The translations under genes were made by a program, and so were the position numbers. Shown in pieces: positions 8,788 through 17,450 of a DNA stretch of 40,869 nucleotides. The notes under the pieces are model-generated. The model had not been told where the DNA came from. It worked only from the letters and a program-made list of their open reading frames with translations, and ran no database searches. Origin of the DNA: a bacterium (GTDB taxonomy: Bacteria; Patescibacteriota; Microgenomatia; Daviesbacterales; UBA10151); NCBI GenBank assembly GCA_021786105.1, contig JAJYNW010000013.1:1-40869 (forward strand), written 5' to 3'. Numbering within the stretch: the first letter of the stretch is position 1; every line of letters begins with the position of its first letter.

Positions 8788-9861
8788 ATGAAAGGCTTTA
8801 TCCATATCCCACTTTTAATTCTCCTTCTGATGGGTATCGGTGTAGGCGTTTATTTGATCCAACAGCAAACTCACTTTTTGCCGCAGGCCTTTTCCGGCAA
8901 GGAAATCCTTGATCTGTTTTCCGATCAACAAACCCCCATAAGCAGTCCCCAAACATTTGCTTATCGGATGACAACACCAAGACCGGCAGCAAAAGGCTCA
9001 GTTTTTTCTGTTTTTCAACTGCTGATGCAGAGAAGAGCTAATCAATCACCAACTCCCGCCCCTATTACCCCAACTCGCCCGTCACCAACTCCTATTGTCA
9101 ATAACCTGACATCTTCTTCCACTCTTCAAACTGCCACTCTCCCCCCTTCTAACACCTCTACTCAAAACACCCAGAATAATTCTACCCAAACTTCCACCTC
9201 CACTACCCAATCCAAACCTATTTGCAGTGTCACCGTGATACCAGCAAGCACTGGTCAGGCTCCTTACGCCGCCAGTGTCTGTGTAGGCAATAACAGCAAT
9301 CCCTACCAAGCCGTCCAACAGGAGTGGGTAGATTACGAAGGCAACGGCAGCTGGGATTATCAGGGCTCCTCTTGGGGTTGTCATTCTTTCACCTTCCAAA
9401 ATCCCGGCACTTATTATCCCAAAGCCAAAATCATTGCAACATCTGGAGCAGAAAGTGATATTTGCCAAACTACAGTGACAATTTCCGGTACAGCTTCAAC
9501 TCCTGCCCCGACCTCCGCCCCTGCTCCGACTCCCACCCCCACCAGCAATCCAACCGCACCAACTGTCAGCAGTGTCTCTACCATGACAGCGACTGCCGGC
9601 AACCGGATCACTATTTATGGAAACAATTTTCTAAGTTCCACTACAACGGATGTCACCACTTTACAAGTCTGGTTAGTACACAGCGACGGCGGAGTCAATA
9701 TTTTAGCCTCAGTTTCACCAAATACCGGCAGTACTTCTTGGGAACAAAATGCGATTTCTTTTACCATCGGCCAAGTGGCTCCCCAATCAGGTCAGCTCAA
9801 AGTATTGGCCGGAAACAGTTATGCAAATGTGTCGGGGGTATTTACCATCACATCACCATAA
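8788..9861 (+). CDS. Membrane-anchored or secreted surface protein with S/T/P-rich linkers and PKD-like and IPT/TIG-like domains
   Basis: MKGF plus a hydrophobic helix; WVDYEGNG..W...TFQNPGTY; PTVSSVS...AGNRITIYGNNF. Confidence 0.7.
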   Translation: MKGFIHIPLLILLLMGIGVGVYLIQQQTHFLPQAFSGKEILDLFSDQQTPISSPQTFAYRMTTPRPAAKGSVFSVFQLLMQRRANQSPTPAPITPTRPSPTPIVNNLTSSSTLQTATLPPSNTSTQNTQNNSTQTSTSTTQSKPICSVTVIPASTGQAPYAASVCVGNNSNPYQAVQQEWVDYEGNGSWDYQGSSWGCHSFTFQNPGTYYPKAKIIATSGAESDICQTTVTISGTASTPAPTSAPAPTPTPTSNPTAPTVSSVSTMTATAGNRITIYGNNFLSSTTTDVTTLQVWLVHSDGGVNILASVSPNTGSTSWEQNAISFTIGQVAPQSGQLKVLAGNSYANVSGVFTITSP

Positions 9862-9877
9862 GAATAAACTAAGCAGA

Positions 9878-10699
9878 TTATATCCCCAAAGCAGTTTTAA
9901 CTGTAGATTCCATGTCTTTGTAGGAATAAGCACCAGCAAATCCTTTATTATTCAGGTAAAAACCCGGAGTGCCGGAGATCCCCAGGGATTGAGCCAGAGC
10001 TACATCCTCGGTAAGCCGGCTATCATATTTCCCGCTATCCAAACAAGTCTTCATGGTAGCTGAATCGAAAACTCCCGACAGAAAATCTGCCATATCACCG
10101 GATTTAGTCTTGTCATTTTTCACCTGATTATTTAACAAATCATATCCCTTTGAGCTCATTAACAAGTCATGTACTTCCCAAAACTTGCCTTTTTCGTTGG
10201 CGCAATATAAAGCTTTGGCGCCCATCTCGCCATTGCCGTGACCCGGCGTATAAATCCAGGCAAAAGCAGCTTTGCCGTCGTCAACCAGTTTTTTCAGCTC
10301 CGGCACCGGCGCCACATAAGTTCCCCCGTCGGCCACCAAAGTAAACCGGGAGCCGATTTGCTTATTCAGCTCGGGATTCTTACCGGCAGCCACATGACAA
10401 AACGGACAACTGGGATCAGCCGCCTCTATCACTACCAATTTACCGTTAACATCACCAAGCTTAACCTGGCTTTTGTTAAACACCTCTTTAACCTGAGCCA
10501 AAGTTACGGTAGGTTGCGGGGATGCTTGCTGAGCAGCTGGTTGGGCAGACGGTGAAACTGTGGCAGTATTTGCTTGGGTACCGGTGGTTCTGGAACCAAT
10601 TTTGATAATTCCCCCGCTGATTAAGATAGAAATAGAAATAATTAGAGAACCAACAATAATGGCGTTGGGGATGCTTAAAAAAGGCTGCGGTTTTTCCAT
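9878..10699 (-). CDS. Membrane-anchored DsbA-family thioredoxin-fold oxidoreductase
   Basis: N-terminal TM helix, DPSCPFC, GISGTPGF; start reassigned to 10699 (TGaTAAAAT 7 nt upstream). Confidence 0.85.
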   Translation of the reverse strand: MEKPQPFLSIPNAIIVGSLIISISILISGGIIKIGSRTTGTQANTATVSPSAQPAAQQASPQPTVTLAQVKEVFNKSQVKLGDVNGKLVVIEAADPSCPFCHVAAGKNPELNKQIGSRFTLVADGGTYVAPVPELKKLVDDGKAAFAWIYTPGHGNGEMGAKALYCANEKGKFWEVHDLLMSSKGYDLLNNQVKNDKTKSGDMADFLSGVFDSATMKTCLDSGKYDSRLTEDVALAQSLGISGTPGFYLNNKGFAGAYSYKDMESTVKTALGI

Positions 10700-10712
10700 T
10701 ATTAAGATTTTA

Positions 10713-11291
10713 TCAGTTAAATTGGTTTTGGGCAATTGGCAGTCCCTGATCAAAAATCACTTCCAGGGCTTTGATCCCCTGTTTAATCATCGCTTTTACC
10801 TCTGACTTTTCTTTAGGAGGAAACTTTTCCAGCACAAACCCTTCCGCATGAAAAGATAATCTCTTGTGCTGCTCAGCATGTGATTTCTCATTACCAATCC
10901 CCAGGCGGACCCGGACAAACTGATCAGTTCCCAATCTGTTGATAACCGACTCCACTCCATGATGCCCTGCTCCGCTCCCCCCTAATCTTACTTTAATTTT
11001 ACCCAAGGGTAAGTCTAAATCATCATGGATAACAATAACATCCTCAGGGGCAATTTTAAAAAAATTGGCTAAGGCGGATACAGCTAAACCGGACTCGTTC
11101 ATAAAAGTTTGCGGCCGGACTAAAATTAAATCATTGCCTAATTTAATTATTTCCGCCTTAAATTTACTCTCATGATTCCAGTCCTCCAAATTATTCTTCC
11201 GCCTGAATTCCTCCAATACCTCAAACCCTAAATTATGCCGGGTATTGTTATATTGCTCCCCGGGATTCCCTAAACCAACTATAATTTTCAT
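10713..11291 (-). CDS. pth: Peptidyl-tRNA hydrolase
   Basis: IVGLGNPG, TRHNLGF, PQTFMNESG, HDDLDL, RVRLGIG; ATG at 11291 preferred over TTG at 11303. Confidence 0.95.
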   Translation of the reverse strand: MKIIVGLGNPGEQYNNTRHNLGFEVLEEFRRKNNLEDWNHESKFKAEIIKLGNDLILVRPQTFMNESGLAVSALANFFKIAPEDVIVIHDDLDLPLGKIKVRLGGSGAGHHGVESVINRLGTDQFVRVRLGIGNEKSHAEQHKRLSFHAEGFVLEKFPPKEKSEVKAMIKQGIKALEVIFDQGLPIAQNQFN

Positions 11292-11324
11292 ATTTTTTGA
11301 CAATATGGTGTACGATCGTACAAG

Positions 11325-12107
11325 TTATTGTCGTAGAGCTGACAAAATTTGTTCATGGATTAAACCATTAGAAACTACAATTTCCATTCTCTTTTTTGTC
11401 CAGTCAATAGCTCCCCCCTTTGTATCAGTTACCTTACCCCCTGCTTCTATAATTATCAGTACACCAGCAATACAATCCCAAATATTATCTTCATTGGCAA
11501 ACCCATCCAGTTTTCCGCCTCCCACCATGGCAAAAACCAAAGCATCGCTACACATCGAAAACGGATAAGCCACCTTTTCGCTTAAAGGAATAACATATTT
11601 CTTAACTTTTGCTGCTCTGCTTGACCGGTGGGCAAAATCAACTCCAATAGCAGCATCTTTTAACTGTTCTGTAGTGCTCACATTGATTTTTTTCCCATTT
11701 AAAAAAGCGCCTTTGCCTTGCTGTGCCCAGTACAAATCTTTTGTCATCACTTGGTATATCACACCTAAAAATGGTTTGTTATTTTTTAAAAGACCAATAG
11801 ACACGGAAAAAGTTGGCCAGCCCACTGTAAAAGCTGTGGTGCCATCTAGAGGATCAATTACCCACGTATAATCACTGTTATTATTTTTTACTCCGCTCTC
11901 TTCAGCAATAAAATTATGATCAAAAAAATTATCTTTAATAATCCCCAATATTAATTTCTCAGCTTCTAAATCTGCAGTAGTGGCAAAATTACTCTCATCA
12001 TTTTTTTTAATTCTTTTCTTTAAATTCTTGCCAAAATAACCCTCAATTATTTTTCCGGCCTCTAAAGCCGCTTCTTTAGCTACTTTTAAAAATTGATCAT
12101 CATTCAT
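11325..12107 (-). CDS. suhB: Inositol monophosphatase family protein (SuhB-like)
   Basis: AEES, WVIDPLDGT, WDCIAG..II.EAGG; start at 12107 after TGgTACAAT. Confidence 0.85.
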   Translation of the reverse strand: MNDDQFLKVAKEAALEAGKIIEGYFGKNLKKRIKKNDESNFATTADLEAEKLILGIIKDNFFDHNFIAEESGVKNNNSDYTWVIDPLDGTTAFTVGWPTFSVSIGLLKNNKPFLGVIYQVMTKDLYWAQQGKGAFLNGKKINVSTTEQLKDAAIGVDFAHRSSRAAKVKKYVIPLSEKVAYPFSMCSDALVFAMVGGGKLDGFANEDNIWDCIAGVLIIIEAGGKVTDTKGGAIDWTKKRMEIVVSNGLIHEQILSALRQ

Positions 12108-12132
12108 ACAGTAATTGTACCACTTCAAACAT

Positions 12133-12217
12133 TTTTCAGTTTTCAGCTTTCAGTTACCAGTTCTCAATTTTTAATGAGTTTTCAATTGATTATTGTTACA
12201 TTGAAAATTGAAAATTT
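12133..12217. repeat. Intergenic inverted 7-bp arrays (TTTTCAR)n...(TTGAAAA)n
   Basis: ttttcag ttttcag ctttcag ttaccag ttctcaa tttttaa ... ttgaaaa ttgaaaa. Confidence 0.8.
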
Positions 12218-12219
12218 AG

Positions 12220-13521
12220 TTAATCAAACAATCCTAATTGCGGCACCTCGGCCTCTTGTTCCTTAACCGCTTTTTGCTCGTGATCCCAAATTTTTACCAC
12301 TCCATACACCCCGTCATACCCCGGATCAATTACCAGATCACCGCGTCTGGCTTTATCCACCCCTTCCGCCACTTTAGGCCCGGATATTTTGGCAATTTCT
12401 CCCGGTTCAACCTTGGTTAAAATCTTTATTTCACTCCCTAAAGCAGCCGTTAACTTTCTATATTCATTTAGCACCTTTTGGGTTGTTGGAGCAGTCCCAA
12501 AAGCCTCCGCAATAATTTGCAAAAGTGGGATTAACATTTTATAGCCGGCTTTTTGTGGAAAGGCTTCGCTTTTAATAAATCCTTCGGAATTCTTCACTTT
12601 TAAATCCTCGTGCGACCGTCCTGCAATCTCCTCTACCCTCTCCATTACTCCCACTGTTAACTCTCTTCCGCAGACCGGGCACTTGGTACCCTTTGCTTTA
12701 GTATCTTCCGGAGCATATTTGACATTACAATTCCGGTGCCCAGTGTAATGATACTTCCCCTCTTCCGGATAAAACTCAATAGTGCCGGCAATCTTTTGCT
12801 CTTTAACAGCCTCAAACATCCCCAGATAACCTGCCTCCAAACTACCATTAAAAACTGTGGCTTCCCGGCCTAAATTAGGCAAAGAATGAGCGTCAGAACA
12901 AGAAATAACTGACCGGTTATCTAACTCTTTAATCCGCCAGTTCATAGCCGGGTCAGAAGAAAGCCCGGTTTCGATGGCGTAAATGTATTCGGTCAGATCC
13001 TCAAAACAATCGTGCAAACTATCATAGCCAGATTGGGAACCAAAAACACCAAACCAGGGTGTCCAGGCGTGCGCCGGAATAAATAAGACATTTTTATCTA
13101 TTTCCAAACACATTCTGAGTAACTCTTTGGAAGAAATCCCCACGATCGGCCGGCCATCTGAGGACAAATTAGCCCGTTTAGAAAGCAGTGTCTGCTGTAA
13201 CCTGGCCGCCGCGTCAAAATTGGGCAAAATTATCACATTATGAATTCTTCTAACTGCTCCTTTATGGGAATAAATTGAGGCTACTTCCACGGTTAAAACA
13301 AATTTAACTGCCGGGTCTTTTTCATAAGTTAAAAAGCCGGTGCCATCCTCTTTTAATTGACTCTTTAGCTCGGCAAACCATAAAGGGTGTAAACAATCCC
13401 CGGTTCCCATCACATCAATTCCTTTTAGCTTGGCCCACATAGCTAAGTTAGGCACATTTAGTTGTTGGGAACACGCCCGGGAGAATCTGGAGTGAATGTG
13501 AAGATCGGCAATGTAGGCCAT
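12220..13521 (-). CDS. Endonuclease Q-like PHP-domain protein
   Basis: ADLHIHSRFS, GTGD, PAHAWTPWF, ETGLSSD, SDAHS, GKYH..GHRNC, CPVCG, PGYDGVYG. Confidence 0.85.
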   Translation of the reverse strand: MAYIADLHIHSRFSRACSQQLNVPNLAMWAKLKGIDVMGTGDCLHPLWFAELKSQLKEDGTGFLTYEKDPAVKFVLTVEVASIYSHKGAVRRIHNVIILPNFDAAARLQQTLLSKRANLSSDGRPIVGISSKELLRMCLEIDKNVLFIPAHAWTPWFGVFGSQSGYDSLHDCFEDLTEYIYAIETGLSSDPAMNWRIKELDNRSVISCSDAHSLPNLGREATVFNGSLEAGYLGMFEAVKEQKIAGTIEFYPEEGKYHYTGHRNCNVKYAPEDTKAKGTKCPVCGRELTVGVMERVEEIAGRSHEDLKVKNSEGFIKSEAFPQKAGYKMLIPLLQIIAEAFGTAPTTQKVLNEYRKLTAALGSEIKILTKVEPGEIAKISGPKVAEGVDKARRGDLVIDPGYDGVYGVVKIWDHEQKAVKEQEAEVPQLGLFD

Positions 13522-13525
13522 GCGG

Positions 13526-14071
13526 CTATTTTAGCATACTCTGTTTCCGATCCATCCTCTTTTTAAAAAGATTCTCCCTAAACCCGCCTTCATTCACAAA
13601 CTTTTCCTCCAGCCATCTTAGTTTTTGATCTAAAAGCCTGTTAGTTTGATTAATTAAACAGATTATAGCATTAGCCGCCGGTTCTCCTCCATGCTCAATA
13701 TAATTTTTATAATCGTTATAACTATTATAATTGTTATAAACTAAACTTCGAACTCTTTTCGCCTCTGCAGAATCCTTATCCCACAATCTAAATCCATGCT
13801 GGCGTAAAAAGTCCTGATAATCATTTAACAGCTCTTCCAAACTTCCCCTAGCTACTCCTAAAAGTTTAATTCTCCCTTCTAAACTTTTCTGGAGATAGCC
13901 TTCAGGTATATTCTGCTTACCGGATCGGGCAGCCTGTTCCATTTGGTCTTTGGTGCGGGATTTATAATCAATGTACTTTTGGCAAAAAGCCACAGTAAAG
14001 TCATAAATAATTTCTGATTGCTTAAAGAAAGGGAGGTTTTTGTAGCCGCCGTTAATCGTTTGCTTTTTCAT
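13526..14071 (-). CDS. Four-helix-bundle protein (23S rRNA IVS-protein-like) with a C-terminal suffix domain
   Basis: GGYKNL, RTKDQMEQAARSGKQNI.EG, VARGSLEELL.DY.DFLRQ, F..EGGFRE. Confidence 0.85.
   Translation of the reverse strand: MKKQTINGGYKNLPFFKQSEIIYDFTVAFCQKYIDYKSRTKDQMEQAARSGKQNIPEGYLQKSLEGRIKLLGVARGSLEELLNDYQDFLRQHGFRLWDKDSAEAKRVRSLVYNNYNSYNDYKNYIEHGGEPAANAIICLINQTNRLLDQKLRWLEEKFVNEGGFRENLFKKRMDRKQSMLK
13699..13740. repeat. 9-bp TATAAYNRT array inside the four-helix-bundle gene
   Basis: tataatttt tataatcgt tataactat tataattgt tataaa; encodes YNNYNSYNDYKNY. Confidence 0.85.
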
Positions 14072-14112
14072 ATAACCATTATAACGATTATAATTATTAT
14101 AACTGTTATATT
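14071..14112. repeat. 9-bp TATAAYNRT array upstream of the four-helix-bundle gene
   Basis: tataaccat tataacgat tataattat tataactgt tata. Confidence 0.88.
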
Positions 14113-15901
14113 ATTTCTTAAACTGAAGCTTATACATTTCCAATAGCTCTTTAACTGTCGTAGCATCTTCCGGTTTTTTGTCAGCCTCTCTAAATTTCAC
14201 TAACCGGGGAAACCTTAATGCATAACCCGGCTCAGAATCAGTTTTTCCGGCTGTATGCACCGGGCTTTTAGTAATCTCATCTGCCAAAACTTCGATCACA
14301 ATCTCCGGCTTAATCCAAACAGAAGGCACCAGAATTGAATTTACCCTGGCCGGTTTGTGATCCACTTTAATTTTGTCTGCTCTTTTATGAATCTCTCTCC
14401 ACTCCTCATCCGTTAACCCTGTGCCAATTTTAGACACCGTCACAAATTCGTCCTTCGACTCATCATAAACACCTACGAGCAGTGACCCGGCCCCAAACTC
14501 TGCCCTCTTTCCCCGGCCAAAAATATAGCCCAAAATTACACAATCAATGGTATCTTTCAGTTCACCGGCCGAATGCCTTTTTAATTTCACCCAGTTAAAA
14601 TTTCGGGCCCCAGCCTCATAGGTGGAATCCGGCTTTTTACAGACCAATCCTTCCAAACCTTTAGTGATAGCATCGTTGAAAAGCTCGTTAATCCGTTCTT
14701 CTGATTTGGTAAATTCCCCTGGCTGAGCAATCAACACTTCATCACCTGTTATTACCTCCTTCAGTCTTCTCATCCTATCCCGCAAAGATAAATCAATCAA
14801 AGATCGCCCATCCAAATACATCACATCAAAAACAAAGGCCTTAAGTGGCAGTTCTATAGCCATTTCTGCCACCTTGTATTTGCGCCGCCTTTTGGTAGTT
14901 TCCTGAAAAGGTAAAAATTCCTCGGATTGCGGATTAAAAGCCAAGGCTTCTGAATCTAAAATGGCAGTTTTTGCCTTAATTTGCTTCCTGACACCCTCGA
15001 TGATTTCCGGCATCATAGCCGTAGTTTCTTCCAAATTCCGGGAAAACAGCCTTACTTGATCCCCGTTTTTGTGAATCTGCACCCTAAATCCATCATATTT
15101 ATATTGGATATGAACTTCCCCGCCAAACTTTTCTAAAATGGTTTTGGCATCAGGCAGTCTTTCAGCCAACTGCGACCTAATTGGCCTGCCGACCGTAACA
15201 TCCAGCTTTTTAACTCCCTCCAAACCCTTTTTCCAAAGCACCTGGCCAATTAAACCTAAATCAGAAGTTTTATTGTAAGCCCCTTCCAACTCTTTCCTCT
15301 TTTTACGGTCACCTAATTTGGCGAGAGCAAAAGCATCTAAAATAGTCGGATCACCAACCCCCAACCTGGAAGTTCCCAGAGGAATCCGGACTAAGTGTTT
15401 GGCGGAAATTGGATTAGCTTTTTGTAAAAGATCTACCAGCAGTGCCTGTTTTTTTTCTACTGTCCCCTCGCCAGTTATTTGAGCAATTTCTTTCAACACC
15501 TCAAAAACCCTTTCCACTGTCATTCCGGCCCCTGAGCCGGAATCTATATTTTTGGATCCCTGCTTTCCCCGCAAGGGGACTAGCTTCTTCGAAGCATCGC
15601 GCAGGGATGACAATTTGTAGGCCACTACCCCCAAATCCCCTACCCGACCATACTCTTTTAAAACTTCCTCCCGGTCTATTCCGTAAGCTTTGGCAATACT
15701 GGCGGCCACTGTCCGTTCTGCCATCCCAATCTCAATCGGCTCATAAAAGGGGGCTACCCGGCCCTGAATCAGATAAACCACTTTAGCAATTTCCTCTGCT
15801 TTCACCTCTTTAAACAGCTCGGAAAGAATATCAATTAGAGCTAGTCTCGAGGAAGTTTGTTCCAATTTTTCAAAATATTCAGCCAGTTGGGAAAATAACA
15901 T
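14111..15901 (-). CDS. lig: ATP-dependent DNA ligase (archaeal/LigI-like architecture)
   Basis: YKYDGFRVQIH (KxDG), FSRNLE, VFDVMY, EGLVCK, WVKLK, ALRFPR; N-terminal DNA-binding domain. Confidence 0.93.
   Translation of the reverse strand: MLFSQLAEYFEKLEQTSSRLALIDILSELFKEVKAEEIAKVVYLIQGRVAPFYEPIEIGMAERTVAASIAKAYGIDREEVLKEYGRVGDLGVVAYKLSSLRDASKKLVPLRGKQGSKNIDSGSGAGMTVERVFEVLKEIAQITGEGTVEKKQALLVDLLQKANPISAKHLVRIPLGTSRLGVGDPTILDAFALAKLGDRKKRKELEGAYNKTSDLGLIGQVLWKKGLEGVKKLDVTVGRPIRSQLAERLPDAKTILEKFGGEVHIQYKYDGFRVQIHKNGDQVRLFSRNLEETTAMMPEIIEGVRKQIKAKTAILDSEALAFNPQSEEFLPFQETTKRRRKYKVAEMAIELPLKAFVFDVMYLDGRSLIDLSLRDRMRRLKEVITGDEVLIAQPGEFTKSEERINELFNDAITKGLEGLVCKKPDSTYEAGARNFNWVKLKRHSAGELKDTIDCVILGYIFGRGKRAEFGAGSLLVGVYDESKDEFVTVSKIGTGLTDEEWREIHKRADKIKVDHKPARVNSILVPSVWIKPEIVIEVLADEITKSPVHTAGKTDSEPGYALRFPRLVKFREADKKPEDATTVKELLEMYKLQFKK
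15519..15611. repeat. GTCAT-family element in-frame in the ligase gene
   Basis: GTCATTCCGGCCCCTGAGCCGGAATCT...GGATCCCTGC[nested hairpins]GCAGGGATGAC; 93 bp. Confidence 0.9.
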
Positions 15902-15952
15902 AAACTCTTTCCGATTGTAATAGATTCAAGGAATATTGTAAAATGTAGGCCT

Positions 15953-16735
15953 ATGATTCGTACCGAAGAAATGGGAGGTGTTGCTGCTGAGATTCAACAC
16001 GGTTCGGCAGAGATATTATCCTTAACTGAAATAAGGAGACGAGCGGCAGATCTTATTGAGGATCCCGAAGCAAGAAAAGCAGTTGATGCCTACTTAGTTA
16101 TGGCCGCCGGACTCGATCAACTAGTGGAAGGGGTGGCTAATAAACGGCTATTCAATCAAAAACTGGAAGAATCAGTTGCCAGAGCGCAAAGAACCGGAAT
16201 CCCCCTTACTCTGCTGCTCTGTGATTTGGATAACTTCAAGCCTTTTAATGATAAACTTGGACATAAAGTTGGTGATGAAGTTTTACAAAAAGTCGGCAAT
16301 AATATCAAGCGGCATACCAGAATAACCGATACTGTCGCAAGACTTGGTGGGGACGAATTTGGCATAATCTTGCCAGACACTTCCCTGGTTCACAGCCTGG
16401 TTGTAGCAGACCGGGTATTAACAAGCATACCAAACATAAGACCAACAGTTACCCAAAACAGCCTGGTTCCCCAACTCGGCGTATCCATAGGAATTGCCCA
16501 GTTTGCTCCTGGAGAAAACGCCCAAACCTTTTTCGAAAGAGCGGACACAGAAGGTTTACTCATAGCAAAACAACAAGAAGGAAAAAATGCAATTGGTTTA
16601 GCACTTCATCCTGGCCAGCACTTATCTTTTGGTAATTTACGGTCTACAATATTGAGCGATACAGGAATTAGCTCCCAGCAGCAAGTTGCCTTAATTAACC
16701 ATATCCTGGATAAAACCTTCTTAACCAGTAAATAA
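15953..16735 (+). CDS. Diguanylate cyclase (GGDEF domain, no recognisable sensor)
   Basis: DLDNFKPFND..GH..GD, RITD I-site, ARLGGDEF, SIGIA. Confidence 0.88.
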   Translation: MIRTEEMGGVAAEIQHGSAEILSLTEIRRRAADLIEDPEARKAVDAYLVMAAGLDQLVEGVANKRLFNQKLEESVARAQRTGIPLTLLLCDLDNFKPFNDKLGHKVGDEVLQKVGNNIKRHTRITDTVARLGGDEFGIILPDTSLVHSLVVADRVLTSIPNIRPTVTQNSLVPQLGVSIGIAQFAPGENAQTFFERADTEGLLIAKQQEGKNAIGLALHPGQHLSFGNLRSTILSDTGISSQQQVALINHILDKTFLTSK

Positions 16736-16753
16736 ATTTTACAGCTGGGAGTT

Positions 16754-17380
16754 TTAGGCAACTTTTTGAGGCTCATCTTTTGCCAATACAACCCATTTTC
16801 TAGGCCAAGTGGAGAATAGTTTTATTACGTCGCTGGGAAGAGAATCATTTATATTAGCCCGACGCATTAAATTTAAGTTCGTTGCCAGCAAGTCAATATC
16901 ATCAAGATCAAAGGGTTTTTGAAGAGCCATTACAAAACCGCTTTCTTTCAAGTAGCTCTTGCCCTGTTCCGTTGTTACATGCTCGCTACCTGATAGCGAA
17001 ACAACAACCGGCAGTAAACGATTTGGGTCTGGATTTTTTCGTTGTAAGGCGAAAGCCTGCGCCATAGCCTGTCTGGCCAGTTTAGCTCCATCAAGATTCT
17101 CTAAAGTCATTTCTTTTGGCTCTCTGCTGATTAAATAACCATCAAACATCAGTAGGTCAAAAGGTCTTTGCAATTTATAACTCTGATTCAACAGCTGCCT
17201 GCCCTCTTTTAATCCTTTACCTAGAACAACCTCGTATTCATAAGCCCCGAGAAATATTCCCATAATCTTACGAACTTGCGGGTCATCATCAACCACTAAA
17301 ATCCTCTTCTGGCCGTCAACGCCATTCTGTAAACTCTGTCCCTCGCTAGTCCGGCTCTCTGGGGATTTGCCTAAACTCAT
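16754..17380 (-). CDS. Single-domain response regulator (receiver)
   Basis: RILVVDDD, FDLLMFDG, SLSG, KPF. Confidence 0.75.
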   Translation of the reverse strand: MSLGKSPESRTSEGQSLQNGVDGQKRILVVDDDPQVRKIMGIFLGAYEYEVVLGKGLKEGRQLLNQSYKLQRPFDLLMFDGYLISREPKEMTLENLDGAKLARQAMAQAFALQRKNPDPNRLLPVVVSLSGSEHVTTEQGKSYLKESGFVMALQKPFDLDDIDLLATNLNLMRRANINDSLPSDVIKLFSTWPRKWVVLAKDEPQKVA

Positions 17381-17450
17381 AGCTAATTATTATATACCAC
17401 TAGTCAAATCTCTTGCACCCAATTTTAGAATATAAGAACCTTGCCTTTTG

